Origin: Candidatus Woesearchaeota archaeon
GTDB taxonomy: Archaea; Nanobdellota; Nanobdellia; Woesearchaeales; SKGA01
DNA length: 24,787 nt
Reading direction: 5' to 3'
NCBI GenBank assembly: GCA_016926395.1
Contig: JAFGOT010000032.1
Coordinates: forward strand, 1 to 24,787
Shown here piece after piece: positions 8,108-16,025 of this stretch. Numbering within the stretch: the stretch's first letter is position 1; the number at the start of each line of letters is the position of its first letter. A program made the position numbers and the translations under genes. The notes beneath the pieces are model-generated. The model did not search any database and had not been told where the DNA came from. It worked only from the letters and a program-made list of their open reading frames with translations.

Positions 8108-9373
8108 ATGTTTAACTTTGACTTCGCATCAGTGCTCTCCAAAATTACTCCAACTAGCGAAGATGCTGTTAAAATTAAGAATTCTACAAAAAAAGTGGTT
8201 TCTTACTTAGAATCTGCAGGTCCAAAAAATGGTGTTGACGTCAATGTTGTAGCGGGAGGAAGCACTGCTAAAGGAACATATCTTAAAGGTAATTTTGATG
8301 TTGATATTTTCGTTCGTTTCAAAACTGATGAGAAAAACATTTCAGATATTTTAGAACTAATGTTAAGTGAGTTTATTCAAAATAATAACCTTATTTTGGA
8401 ACGAGTACATGGTTCTCGAGATTATTTTAATTTTGAATTTGAAAATTTATTTTTTGAAATTGTTCCTGTAAAATATATTGAAAATAATGTTGATGCTGAT
8501 AATGTTACTGACATGTCGCCTCTTCATGTTTTTTGGGTTAAGAATCATTTAACAGATGAACTTTGTAATGATATTCGTTTGGCTAAACAGTTTTGTAAAG
8601 CTATTGGTGTTTATGGTGCTGAAAGTTATATTAACGGCGTGTCAGGTCATGTTTTAGATATTTTGGTGATTCATTTTGGCGGATTTGTTCCCTTCTTAGA
8701 AAATGTTTCTTTGTGGTCTGGCGCTACTGTTGTTGATCCTGAAGATAAACATGAAAATGTTTTTGAGGAATTAAATCAATCAAAACTTATTTCTCCGTTA
8801 ATTGTTATTGATCCCATTGATCCACAAAGAAATGCTGCTGCTGCAGTTTCAACAGAAAAATATAATTTGTTAATTAAACACGCCAAAGATTTCTTAAAAT
8901 CTCCTGAAGAAAAGTATTTTATTATCCCTTCGTTTGACATTCAAAAATTAATAAGTCACAAACAAAACAGGGAGGATTTGTTTGTTATTGAAGTGGAGCC
9001 ACAAAAAGGAAAAAAAGATGTTGTTATTACTAAAGTCTTAAAAATTTTTGAATTTTTAAAACGACATTTAGTTTTATATGATTTTAATGTTCATCTGTCT
9101 GATTGGAAGATTGATTCCGATAAATGTTATCTTTATTTTTTTATTGACAATCAAGAATTACCTCCCACTCTAGAAAGACAAGGTCCTCCCTTAGAGAATT
9201 TTCAAGCCGTTGAAAGATTTCAAGAAGTGCACAAGGATGCTTTTGAACGTGATGGAAAATTATGGGTTAATGTAAGGCGAGACTTCACAGTATCTGAAAC
9301 TTGTTTACGTCATCTCTTAACTCAGGAGTTTGTTACTCAGAGATGCCAGAACGTAACTCTAAAAACTTTTTAA
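8108..9373 (+). CDS. cca: CCA-adding enzyme (archaeal class I tRNA nucleotidyltransferase)
   Basis: GSTAKGTYLKGNFDVDIFV, HGSRDY, EIVP, DMSPLHV, GVYGAESYINGVSG, IDPIDPQRNAAAA, GPP. Start set at ATG 8108 (TTTAAAAA box at 8077-8084); the extension to 7982 overlaps the divergent gene. Confidence 0.95.
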   Translation: MFNFDFASVLSKITPTSEDAVKIKNSTKKVVSYLESAGPKNGVDVNVVAGGSTAKGTYLKGNFDVDIFVRFKTDEKNISDILELMLSEFIQNNNLILERVHGSRDYFNFEFENLFFEIVPVKYIENNVDADNVTDMSPLHVFWVKNHLTDELCNDIRLAKQFCKAIGVYGAESYINGVSGHVLDILVIHFGGFVPFLENVSLWSGATVVDPEDKHENVFEELNQSKLISPLIVIDPIDPQRNAAAAVSTEKYNLLIKHAKDFLKSPEEKYFIIPSFDIQKLISHKQNREDLFVIEVEPQKGKKDVVITKVLKIFEFLKRHLVLYDFNVHLSDWKIDSDKCYLYFFIDNQELPPTLERQGPPLENFQAVERFQEVHKDAFERDGKLWVNVRRDFTVSETCLRHLLTQEFVTQRCQNVTLKTF

Positions 9374-9675
9374 TCAAGTTTTAGTTGCGTCACTATTTTT
9401 TTGAGGATTTTATCCAACCCGATAAAGATGTTGTGTTCAACTATATCTGCATGGTAGTGTTTACCGTCTGCAGAAAGTTCCACCTTTAATTCAAATTTAG
9501 TTGCCTCATCCTCTGTTTTGTGTATTGGTTTTACTGACAGTTTTAATCCGTCAAATGGGTGTCTATCAGATATTTTTCGAGCGTAATTGCCAACAACTTT
9601 CTTAACAACTACAAATTCTGCATAGCCCAACTCTTTAAAACCAACCAGAGTTATATTTCCCCCTAACTCTATCAT
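9370..9675 (-). CDS. Hypothetical protein, candidate stand-alone HPF/RaiA (ribosome hibernation factor)-like fold
   Basis: 101 aa with a beta-alpha-beta-beta-beta-alpha pattern ending in HNIFIGLDKILKKIVTQL. The fold assignment is inferred by eye. Confidence 0.6.
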   Translation of the reverse strand: MIELGGNITLVGFKELGYAEFVVVKKVVGNYARKISDRHPFDGLKLSVKPIHKTEDEATKFELKVELSADGKHYHADIVEHNIFIGLDKILKKIVTQLKLD

Positions 9676-9765
9676 ATTTACTATCCCCCAAATTGCTATG
9701 GTGTTTTCTTGTTTTGCTAATATTTAATCTTTTCTACTGTTTTTAGGCCATTTTTTAACTAAACC

Positions 9766-9773
9766 TTTATAAA
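9766..9773 (+). promoter_or_regulatory. TATA box for rpl15e
   Basis: AAACC-TTTATAAA-C, predicting a transcription start near 9798, about 105 nt before the ATG. Confidence 0.6.
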
Positions 9774-9803
9774 CCAAATAGTGTTTCTCGTTTTTGTTCT
9801 GAA

Positions 9804-9881
9804 TGTGGGCGTTGCTTGCCTGAACGGAACGGCGACAGTTAATCTGCGCTTAGGGGTTAAAATTACTAATCTTTCCCCGCA
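9804..9881 (+). promoter_or_regulatory. Putative structured 5' leader (r-leader candidate) of rpl15e
   Basis: GC-rich segment closed by UGUGGG/CCCGCA with two internal hairpins, lying between the TATA box and SD GGAGG (9890-9894). Confidence 0.55.
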
Positions 9882-9903
9882 CAACAAATGGAGGCTAATA
9901 AAC

Positions 9904-10476
9904 ATGGGAATGTATAAACATATTCGAGATGCTTGGAAAAAACCAAAAGAAACTCTCGGTGAAACTTATACAGAATATTTGATGCAGTTTCGACGTGAAC
10001 CTGTAACTCTTAGAGTTCTACGTCCTACAAGACTGGATAGAGCAAGATCTCTTGGCTACAAAGCTAAACAAGGAATTATTGTTGTTCGTCAAAAAGTAGG
10101 AAAGGGCGGTCACATGCTCCACAATTTTACTGGTGGACGACGACCTAAAGCTAATACTCGTAAAAAAGTTGTTAACAAATCATATCAAACAATTGCAGAA
10201 GAAAGAGTTGCAAGACACTACTCTAACTGTGAAGTTCTAAACTCTTACTTGGTTGTTGAAGATGGTTCTAATAAATGGTATGAAGTAATCCTTGTTGATC
10301 GAACTTCACCATCTATCCTAAATGATGAAAACCTAAATTGGATTTCACTTCAAAAAGGTCGAGTATACCGTGGACTTACAAGTTCTGGTAAAAAATCTCG
10401 AGGCTTGCGAAATAAAGGTATTGGTGCTGAAAAAGTACGACCTGGTCAAAAAGCTAACAAAAACAGACTCCATTAA
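9904..10476 (+). CDS. rpl15e: 50S ribosomal protein eL15 (L15e)
   Basis: MGMYKHIRDAWKKP, RPTRLDRARSLGYKAKQG, IAEERVARHYSNCEVLNSY, WYEVILVD, GRVYRGLTSSGKKSRGL. The true start is ATG 9904 with SD GGAGG; the ORF-track GTG at 9781 is an over-extension. Confidence 0.97.
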   Translation: MGMYKHIRDAWKKPKETLGETYTEYLMQFRREPVTLRVLRPTRLDRARSLGYKAKQGIIVVRQKVGKGGHMLHNFTGGRRPKANTRKKVVNKSYQTIAEERVARHYSNCEVLNSYLVVEDGSNKWYEVILVDRTSPSILNDENLNWISLQKGRVYRGLTSSGKKSRGLRNKGIGAEKVRPGQKANKNRLH

Positions 10477-10480
10477 GGGG

Positions 10481-10488
10481 TTTTTTTT
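10481..10488 (+). terminator. Oligo-T archaeal terminator after rpl15e
   Basis: T8 run 4 nt after the stop, followed by a new TATA box at 10501-10508. Confidence 0.5.
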
Positions 10489-10534
10489 ATTTCAATAAGA
10501 TTTATAAAAAAAATAAATATTCATGGTGATATAA

Positions 10535-10828
10535 ATGGTTGATAGAGTAGGAGGATTCCGGCGAAACACTCGTTACAAAATGAGAAAAGCTGTGTCCCAA
10601 CGAGGAAAAATCAGTCTTAGAAATTTTTTACAATCCTTTAAAGTAGGAGATAAAGTTCAATTAGTTGCAGAACCTGCATACCAAAAAGGAATGTACCATC
10701 CTAGATTTTATGGAAAAGCTGGTATTGTTTCAAAAGTTGTAGGAACTTGTTACGAAGTAAAAATCAAAGACTTCTCCAAAGAGAAGACTGTAGTTGTACA
10801 TCCTGTACACCTATCTAAATCAAACTAA
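10535..10828 (+). CDS. rpl21e: 50S ribosomal protein eL21 (L21e)
   Basis: GFRRNTRYKMRK, FKVGDKVQL, KGMYHPRFYGKAGIV, KTVVVHPVHL; SD GGTGA. Confidence 0.96.
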   Translation: MVDRVGGFRRNTRYKMRKAVSQRGKISLRNFLQSFKVGDKVQLVAEPAYQKGMYHPRFYGKAGIVSKVVGTCYEVKIKDFSKEKTVVVHPVHLSKSN

Positions 10829-10842
10829 ATCGGTGATGTGTT

Positions 10843-11196
10843 ATGGTAAAGCCTGAAATTTTAGAAAAAAGACCTGTTTCAATTCCTGAGGTAAAAGATA
10901 TGCTTAAGGCTATCCATAAACGAGACGATGAACTTAGTTTTAGGGGTGGAAAGACTGAAGATTATGTTAATGAAGTTGCTCAACTTACTTCTAAAAAAGC
11001 AAAGGATCTATCTAAAGCTATTGAAGATTTAGATATTCCAAGACTTAAACCTGAGCACATTGTTAAAATAATTGACACTCTGCCAGATACTCCAGAACAT
11101 TTGAAAGTTATTTTGAGTGGCTTTAATGTCACGATTACTAAAGAGAATCTCAAAAAGATTGTCGATGCTCTAGATGAGTTTCGTCCGGCGAAATAG
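10843..11196 (+). CDS. rpoF: DNA-directed RNA polymerase subunit F (Rpo4)
   Basis: Follows rpl21e as in the conserved archaeal order. Motifs PVSIPEVKDML, ELSF...KTEDY, KIIDTLPDTPEHLKVIL. Confidence 0.92.
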   Translation: MVKPEILEKRPVSIPEVKDMLKAIHKRDDELSFRGGKTEDYVNEVAQLTSKKAKDLSKAIEDLDIPRLKPEHIVKIIDTLPDTPEHLKVILSGFNVTITKENLKKIVDALDEFRPAK

Positions 11197-11338
11197 GATT
11201 TAAATCCTTTTTCAGGACCTCTCGTCTCCTTTTCTTTGTTATGAAAACACTCATTGTGTTTTTCAACATCCCAAAAACGTAATAACTGCATATTGGCGTT
11301 GAATTATGCTGTATTTGTCTTTTTATCGTTTTTGAGGA
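11195..11338. repeat. Cluster of inverted repeats between rpoF and the DUF655 gene
   Basis: Perfect 14-bp palindrome AGGATTTAAATCCT (11195-11208), hairpin 11238-11267 and a long imperfect hairpin 11269-11338. Confidence 0.6.
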
Positions 11339-11397
11339 CTCTAAATGCAAAAATATATAAGGAACAGGCCTTGAAAGTTAAATATAAGGGGATTACT

Positions 11398-11955
11398 ATG
11401 AAAGAAGTTAAACGAGAAGAAGAAGCTATAATCTTGGACTACTTGTCAAACGGTTACGCTTCAGATACCCGACCAAGTCACTTGAAGACTTCAGTTGCTC
11501 AAGCTATTGGTAAAAATAATCTGAACATTCTAGAATTAGTTCCCCGTAAAGGTGTTGATCTTCAACCTGGTGAAGAAGTTTATGTTGGTGATCAAAAACG
11601 AGATAAAATTCATCATGTTATCGGGAAAATTTCTATTGACAAACTGACAGCTACTGCTAGAGGAGAACTTGAAGATACTATTAAGAATATTATTAAGCTT
11701 CGAGAACCGGAGTTTGTTGATTTTTTTAACAAAAGTCAACCTCTAAGTATCAGGATGCATTCCCTTGAATTACTTCCTGGTCTGGGAAAAAAACACATGC
11801 AAATGGTTGTTGAAGAACGACGAGGCGATCCTTTCAAAAGCTTTGATGATATTAAAGCTAGAGTTAAACTTATTCCTGACCCTGAAAAGTTAATAATCAA
11901 GCGGATTATTAAAGAACTTGAAGGTAATGAGAAGTATGGTCTTTTCGTGAGATAG
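11398..11955 (+). CDS. DUF655 family predicted RNA-binding protein
   Basis: EEEAIILDYLSNG, AQAIG...LEL, RDKIHHV...LTATARGEL, FVDFFNKSQPLSIRMHSLELLPGLGKK, FKSFDDIKARV. Start ATG 11398 rather than the ORF-track 11254. Confidence 0.93.
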   Translation: MKEVKREEEAIILDYLSNGYASDTRPSHLKTSVAQAIGKNNLNILELVPRKGVDLQPGEEVYVGDQKRDKIHHVIGKISIDKLTATARGELEDTIKNIIKLREPEFVDFFNKSQPLSIRMHSLELLPGLGKKHMQMVVEERRGDPFKSFDDIKARVKLIPDPEKLIIKRIIKELEGNEKYGLFVR

Positions 11956-12037
11956 GCTTTTTTTTATTTCTATTTCTTTCTTTAAATACTATCTGAAAAA
12001 GTTTATATAATTTGGATACTTCTCAATAGTGATAACA

Positions 12038-12940
12038 ATGACACCATTCAATCATATTGGGGAACAAGAATTTGAAACTACTTATCTTATGTTTGGACGT
12101 AATGATTCTGAGCTTGTTGGAATAAAGAATTGGTCTTCTGGTCAAAATCGGGTTCAAAGGTTTAAGCTTAACTCTGCTGGGAAATTAAAACCTATTGGCG
12201 AATCGATTCTAAATGAAGATGGCCGAACTGTTGATGGTCTTGTGATGGCTGGTAATCATCATTTCATTGTTACTGAACGTGGAAATGAACCTTATGGTGG
12301 TGTAATTCAATATTATGAATTTACTGATGGTGGAGTCAAAAAATCATATGGTCCTTATCCAACTAGAAATTTTATTGATAGTCCCTCAATGTCAAAGGGA
12401 TTTTTGATGGGAGATACTGTTGTTGATAATCATGGAACTTTTCTTTCAATATATAATTTGAATATGCAACCTCAAGTCATGTTTACTAAGAAAATGCCTT
12501 CTTTTAGAAAAGCAATTTGGTTAAACTCTGTTTCTGGTATTCTAACAATTGGTGATAGTTTAGGCGTTTATAATTGGAATCCGGAGGATTTTGATCTGAA
12601 TAAATTTGATTGTTCTTTATCTGAAACTATTAATAATCATTTAAATCAAGATAGAAAATTTAACCGTTCTATTGGTAGTGTTCTTCAAACTCCTGATAAT
12701 AAGTTGATTTTTGGTGTTCGAGCATACGATAATAGTCCTGGAGTTCATGGGGCAAAGTGTTCGTTAGTTTTCACAAAAGATTATGTTAGTTCTTTACTTG
12801 GTCCTGCAAAGGTTAGTGATGATTTAATTTCTGATGTTCAAGAATTTGATTCTGCTAATAACTTAATATTGAGCCCTTCCGGTAAATTATTGGTTTCTTA
12901 TGGTACTTCAGCTGGAATTAATATCTACAAAAGAGATTAA
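12038..12940 (+). CDS. Hypothetical protein, possible beta-propeller (about 300 aa)
   Basis: Repeated beta-strand blade-like segments, e.g. NNLILSPSGKLLVSYGTSAGINIY and SVLQTPDNKLIFG. TATA at 12002-12009 favours ATG 12038 over GTG 12029. Confidence 0.65.
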   Translation: MTPFNHIGEQEFETTYLMFGRNDSELVGIKNWSSGQNRVQRFKLNSAGKLKPIGESILNEDGRTVDGLVMAGNHHFIVTERGNEPYGGVIQYYEFTDGGVKKSYGPYPTRNFIDSPSMSKGFLMGDTVVDNHGTFLSIYNLNMQPQVMFTKKMPSFRKAIWLNSVSGILTIGDSLGVYNWNPEDFDLNKFDCSLSETINNHLNQDRKFNRSIGSVLQTPDNKLIFGVRAYDNSPGVHGAKCSLVFTKDYVSSLLGPAKVSDDLISDVQEFDSANNLILSPSGKLLVSYGTSAGINIYKRD

Positions 12941-13200
12941 TCCTTTTTTTCTTTTTTTATCTATATATTTATAAATAAACTATCCTTTCCACTGTTTAGC
13001 TGTTTATCATGAGGTCGCTTGTAAAGGCATCCTCTATTAAACAATTGGTGATAAAAATAGCAAGAATTCCTGAAAATATCTTATTTTCAAACATTTCTTC
13101 TATTTGTCCAAAATAAAACTTAGGTAACTAAAATGGCAAAAGCATGTAAAAATCAAAGATTTTTGAGCTTCACCCATTTCATTTATCGGAGATAAATACA

Positions 13201-13680
13201 ATGGCTAAAGAAACTGTAGATGTATTAATTGTTGGTGGTAAAGCTACTGCTGCACCTCCATTAGGTCCTGCTCTAGGTCCAAAAGGCGTTAACATTGGTA
13301 AAGTTGTTGAAGATATCAACAAAAAAACTGCTGACTTTGCAGGTATGCAAGTTCCAGTTAAAGTTATTATTGACACTGAAACTAAATCTTATGAGATTGA
13401 ACTTGGAACTCCTCCAGCTTCTGCTCTTATTAAACAAGAATTAGGTATTAAAAAAGGCGCAGGTAATCCTTTAACTGATGTTGTTGGCGATCTTTCATTT
13501 GACCAAGTTCTAAAAATTACTCGAATGAAAAGTGGTAATTTAACTGGTAAAAACAATAAAATGAAAGCGAAAGAAATCATCGGTACTTGTCGAAGTCTTG
13601 GTGTAACAATTGATGGTAAAAAAGCAAGTGTTGTTCACTCAGAAATTGACAATGGTGATTATGACGCTAAACTTAATTAA
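13201..13680 (+). CDS. rpl11: 50S ribosomal protein uL11
   Basis: GGKATAAPPLGPALGPKGVNIG, TADFAGMQVPVKV, PPASALIK, IIGTCRSLGVTIDG (archaeal-type L11). Confidence 0.97.
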   Translation: MAKETVDVLIVGGKATAAPPLGPALGPKGVNIGKVVEDINKKTADFAGMQVPVKVIIDTETKSYEIELGTPPASALIKQELGIKKGAGNPLTDVVGDLSFDQVLKITRMKSGNLTGKNNKMKAKEIIGTCRSLGVTIDGKKASVVHSEIDNGDYDAKLN

Positions 13681-13748
13681 TTTTATTTTTTTTATTTTAA
13701 TTTCTTATTTTCCCAAACATTTATTATGTATTTCTCAAGAACATTATT

Positions 13749-14333
13749 ATGGTAACTAATTTTGAAGATTTAGTTAATCAAATAAAATCTTGTCGTGATT
13801 GTAAAGAGTTATTTGGTTTTAATCCAAATCCTGTTTTTAGCGGAAATAAAAATGCTAAGATTTTACAAATAAGTCAAGCACCCTCGCAAAATGTTCATAA
13901 CACAAATAAATGTTTTAATGATGCTAGTGGAAAAAAATTACGTAATGAATGGTATCAAATAACCGATGATGTTTTTTATGATGATGACAATTTTTATATT
14001 TCAGGTGTAGGTCACTGTTTTCCTGGTAAAGCTAATAATGGTGGTGATAAAAAACCTCCAAAACATTGTGCTGATAAGTGGTTACGCCAAGAAATTAAAT
14101 TTGTTGATAGTAAAATAATTGTTCTATTGGGTCGTGCTTCTGCTAACTATTTTTTTCCAAAAAAAGATTTTGTTGACTTAATTTTTAACAATCAAGAAAT
14201 TGATGGCAAATTAACTATTGTTCTTCCACACCCATCGCCATTAAATCAAAAATGGTTTAAAGACAATCCAAACTTTGAAAAGAAGCGGTTACAAGAGATT
14301 AGGAAAATTGTTCAATCTGTTTTATTTGATTAA
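13749..14333 (+). CDS. Uracil-DNA glycosylase superfamily protein (family-4-like, Fe-S cysteines)
   Basis: CRDC, QISQAPS, FNDASGKKLR, HCFPGK...PPKHC, IIVLLGRAS, LPHPSPLN. Confidence 0.88.
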   Translation: MVTNFEDLVNQIKSCRDCKELFGFNPNPVFSGNKNAKILQISQAPSQNVHNTNKCFNDASGKKLRNEWYQITDDVFYDDDNFYISGVGHCFPGKANNGGDKKPPKHCADKWLRQEIKFVDSKIIVLLGRASANYFFPKKDFVDLIFNNQEIDGKLTIVLPHPSPLNQKWFKDNPNFEKKRLQEIRKIVQSVLFD

Positions 14334-15091
14334 TCTTTTTTATCAAGTTGTTTTTCTAATCCTGATGATTTAGTTTGACTTGAATTTGAGGTGTTGCTTA
14401 AACTTCCTGTTTTATAGCTTTGATTAATTGGTTTATAATCTGTAGAAATTTTTGGTTGCATGTCCATTGGTCGAAAAAATTCTTGTGATTGAAATTGTTT
14501 TGAAACGTCTGTTTGATAATTTTGTCTGATTTGTTTTTCTTGTTGGCTAATAACGTCTTTAAGTGCCCTATATGTTTCATCAACATTTTCTTTTAGAAAT
14601 GGATTAAGGTCGTATTGCGCGCTTGCACTAACAGAATCTTTAATTGCAAAAAAGTCTGCTGCATCTTGTTTTGACCAATTACTTTTGTATTGTAATTCTC
14701 TAAGTCTATTTGAACTAGCTCCGCTTGCCGCAGTGGTAAGAACGTCTTCATTAATTCTATAACTGGGTTCGCTACCTTTGTAACTTTTGTCTATTTCTTC
14801 ACCAAATATTTCTCTGGCATCTTTTTTTGCGGTTTGTGTTTTATCAAGCATTTCTTCTAGAACTTCTGTTTGTTTATCTATTTCTTCTTGCATGTCAATG
14901 ATTTTTTCTTTCGCTTCATGTTCCATATCTGATTGTGCTTCTTCAATTAACCTTTGCATAGTTTTAATTTGTGTAAGTAGAATTTTGAGATTTTTTTCGT
15001 GTTCAGCCATTTTGCTAAGTAATTCTCGCTTAGCTTCTTCAAGCATTCCGATTCTGATGCCCGCATCGGTTTTCTTTATTTCTTCTGACAT
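14330..15091 (-). CDS. Hypothetical protein with N-terminal coiled coil and low-complexity tail (253 aa)
   Basis: E/K/Q-rich heptads in the first about 100 aa and a Ser/Thr-rich end. Overlaps the convergent UDG gene by 4 bp. Confidence 0.75.
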   Translation of the reverse strand: MSEEIKKTDAGIRIGMLEEAKRELLSKMAEHEKNLKILLTQIKTMQRLIEEAQSDMEHEAKEKIIDMQEEIDKQTEVLEEMLDKTQTAKKDAREIFGEEIDKSYKGSEPSYRINEDVLTTAASGASSNRLRELQYKSNWSKQDAADFFAIKDSVSASAQYDLNPFLKENVDETYRALKDVISQQEKQIRQNYQTDVSKQFQSQEFFRPMDMQPKISTDYKPINQSYKTGSLSNTSNSSQTKSSGLEKQLDKKD

Positions 15092-15176
15092 TATATGATT
15101 TCAATTCTTTCTAGTTTTAAATACTTTACCTAATCTTTAATTACCTTTTTAAATAAAGACTTCTTTTCTTACTTTT

Positions 15177-16025
15177 ATGTCGGATATTGAAACTGCTAGA
15201 ACGATGATTAAAATTTTGACTGGAAAAGAAAATGTTCTTTTTACCACCAGGTGTAATGAGTCCATTCGTGTGGCTATGTTGCTTGTCGCTCTTGAAGATC
15301 GTGCTAATGTTTTATATCAAGAAGAAGGTGGCTGGCTTACTTATGAAAAATACATAAAGCAAGCAAATCTTAATCCTATTAAATTAGTTACTAATTTTGG
15401 ATTAGTTTACCCATCTGAGTTAAAAATTCATGAATTAGATTCTGCTCTTATAATAAATTCTTTAGCGGGTTATATTGCTCCTCAAGATATGGATGAAATA
15501 TTTACTCAGTGTTTAAAACACGATATTTTTTTAGTTAATGATGTGTCCGGAAGCATTGGTTCTACTTATTCTAAACAGGGTGATATTATTGTTGGTAGTT
15601 TTGGTCCTGGAAAACCTGTTGATTTAGGGACTGGTGGTTTTATTGCAACTCAAAGTGATGCTTTGTTTGAAAAAATAAAAGAAATTACTGGTTCTGATTA
15701 TGTCGAACCAGAACTTAACTACAAACTTCTCGTTGAAAAACTAAAAAATCTTGAATCAAGAAGAGACTTTTTAGAAAATAAAGCTAAACAAATAAAATCT
15801 GATTTGTCTGATATGGAAATTGTTCACAAAGATTTAGTTGGATTAAATGTTGTTGTTCTTTTCGATGATGAAAATCAAAAGAAAAAAATTACTGATTATT
15901 GTGATGAAAATAATTTGGAGTATACTGTTTGTCCAAGAGAAATAAGAGTTCTTGAGCCTGCTATTAGTATTGAAGTTAAAAGACTAACTAATCTTACTAA
16001 AAAAACTTTAGAAACGAATCAATGA
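15177..16025 (+). CDS. PLP-dependent transferase, DegT/DnrJ/EryC1/StrS-like (short form)
   Basis: FLVNDVSGSIG (PLP Asp) and GDIIVGSFGPGKPVDLGTGGFIAT (SFxxxK Schiff-base Lys and GxGG motif). Confidence 0.75.
   Translation: MSDIETARTMIKILTGKENVLFTTRCNESIRVAMLLVALEDRANVLYQEEGGWLTYEKYIKQANLNPIKLVTNFGLVYPSELKIHELDSALIINSLAGYIAPQDMDEIFTQCLKHDIFLVNDVSGSIGSTYSKQGDIIVGSFGPGKPVDLGTGGFIATQSDALFEKIKEITGSDYVEPELNYKLLVEKLKNLESRRDFLENKAKQIKSDLSDMEIVHKDLVGLNVVVLFDDENQKKKITDYCDENNLEYTVCPREIRVLEPAISIEVKRLTNLTKKTLETNQ

Noticed and set aside
9781-9903. 41-aa N-terminal extension of eL15 from GTG 9781
   Set aside because: eL15 homology begins at MGMYK with SD GGAGG. The region is better explained as a structured UTR.
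11254-11397. N-terminal extension of the DUF655 protein
   Set aside because: It runs through hairpins and TATA-like boxes; family homology starts near ATG 11398.
13009-13116. 35-codon + strand ORF after the TATA-like box at 12968-12975 (and a 32-codon antisense ORF)
   Set aside because: No homology signal or SD. It could equally be part of a long rpl11 UTR, so there is not enough support to call it.
13181-13197. Perfect hairpin ATTTATC-GGA-GATAAAT covering the rpl11 SD
   Set aside because: It is AT-rich with only 7 bp and does not match the uL1-binding internal-loop consensus. A promoter-like AAAGATTTTTGAG at about 13155 may place the TSS inside it.
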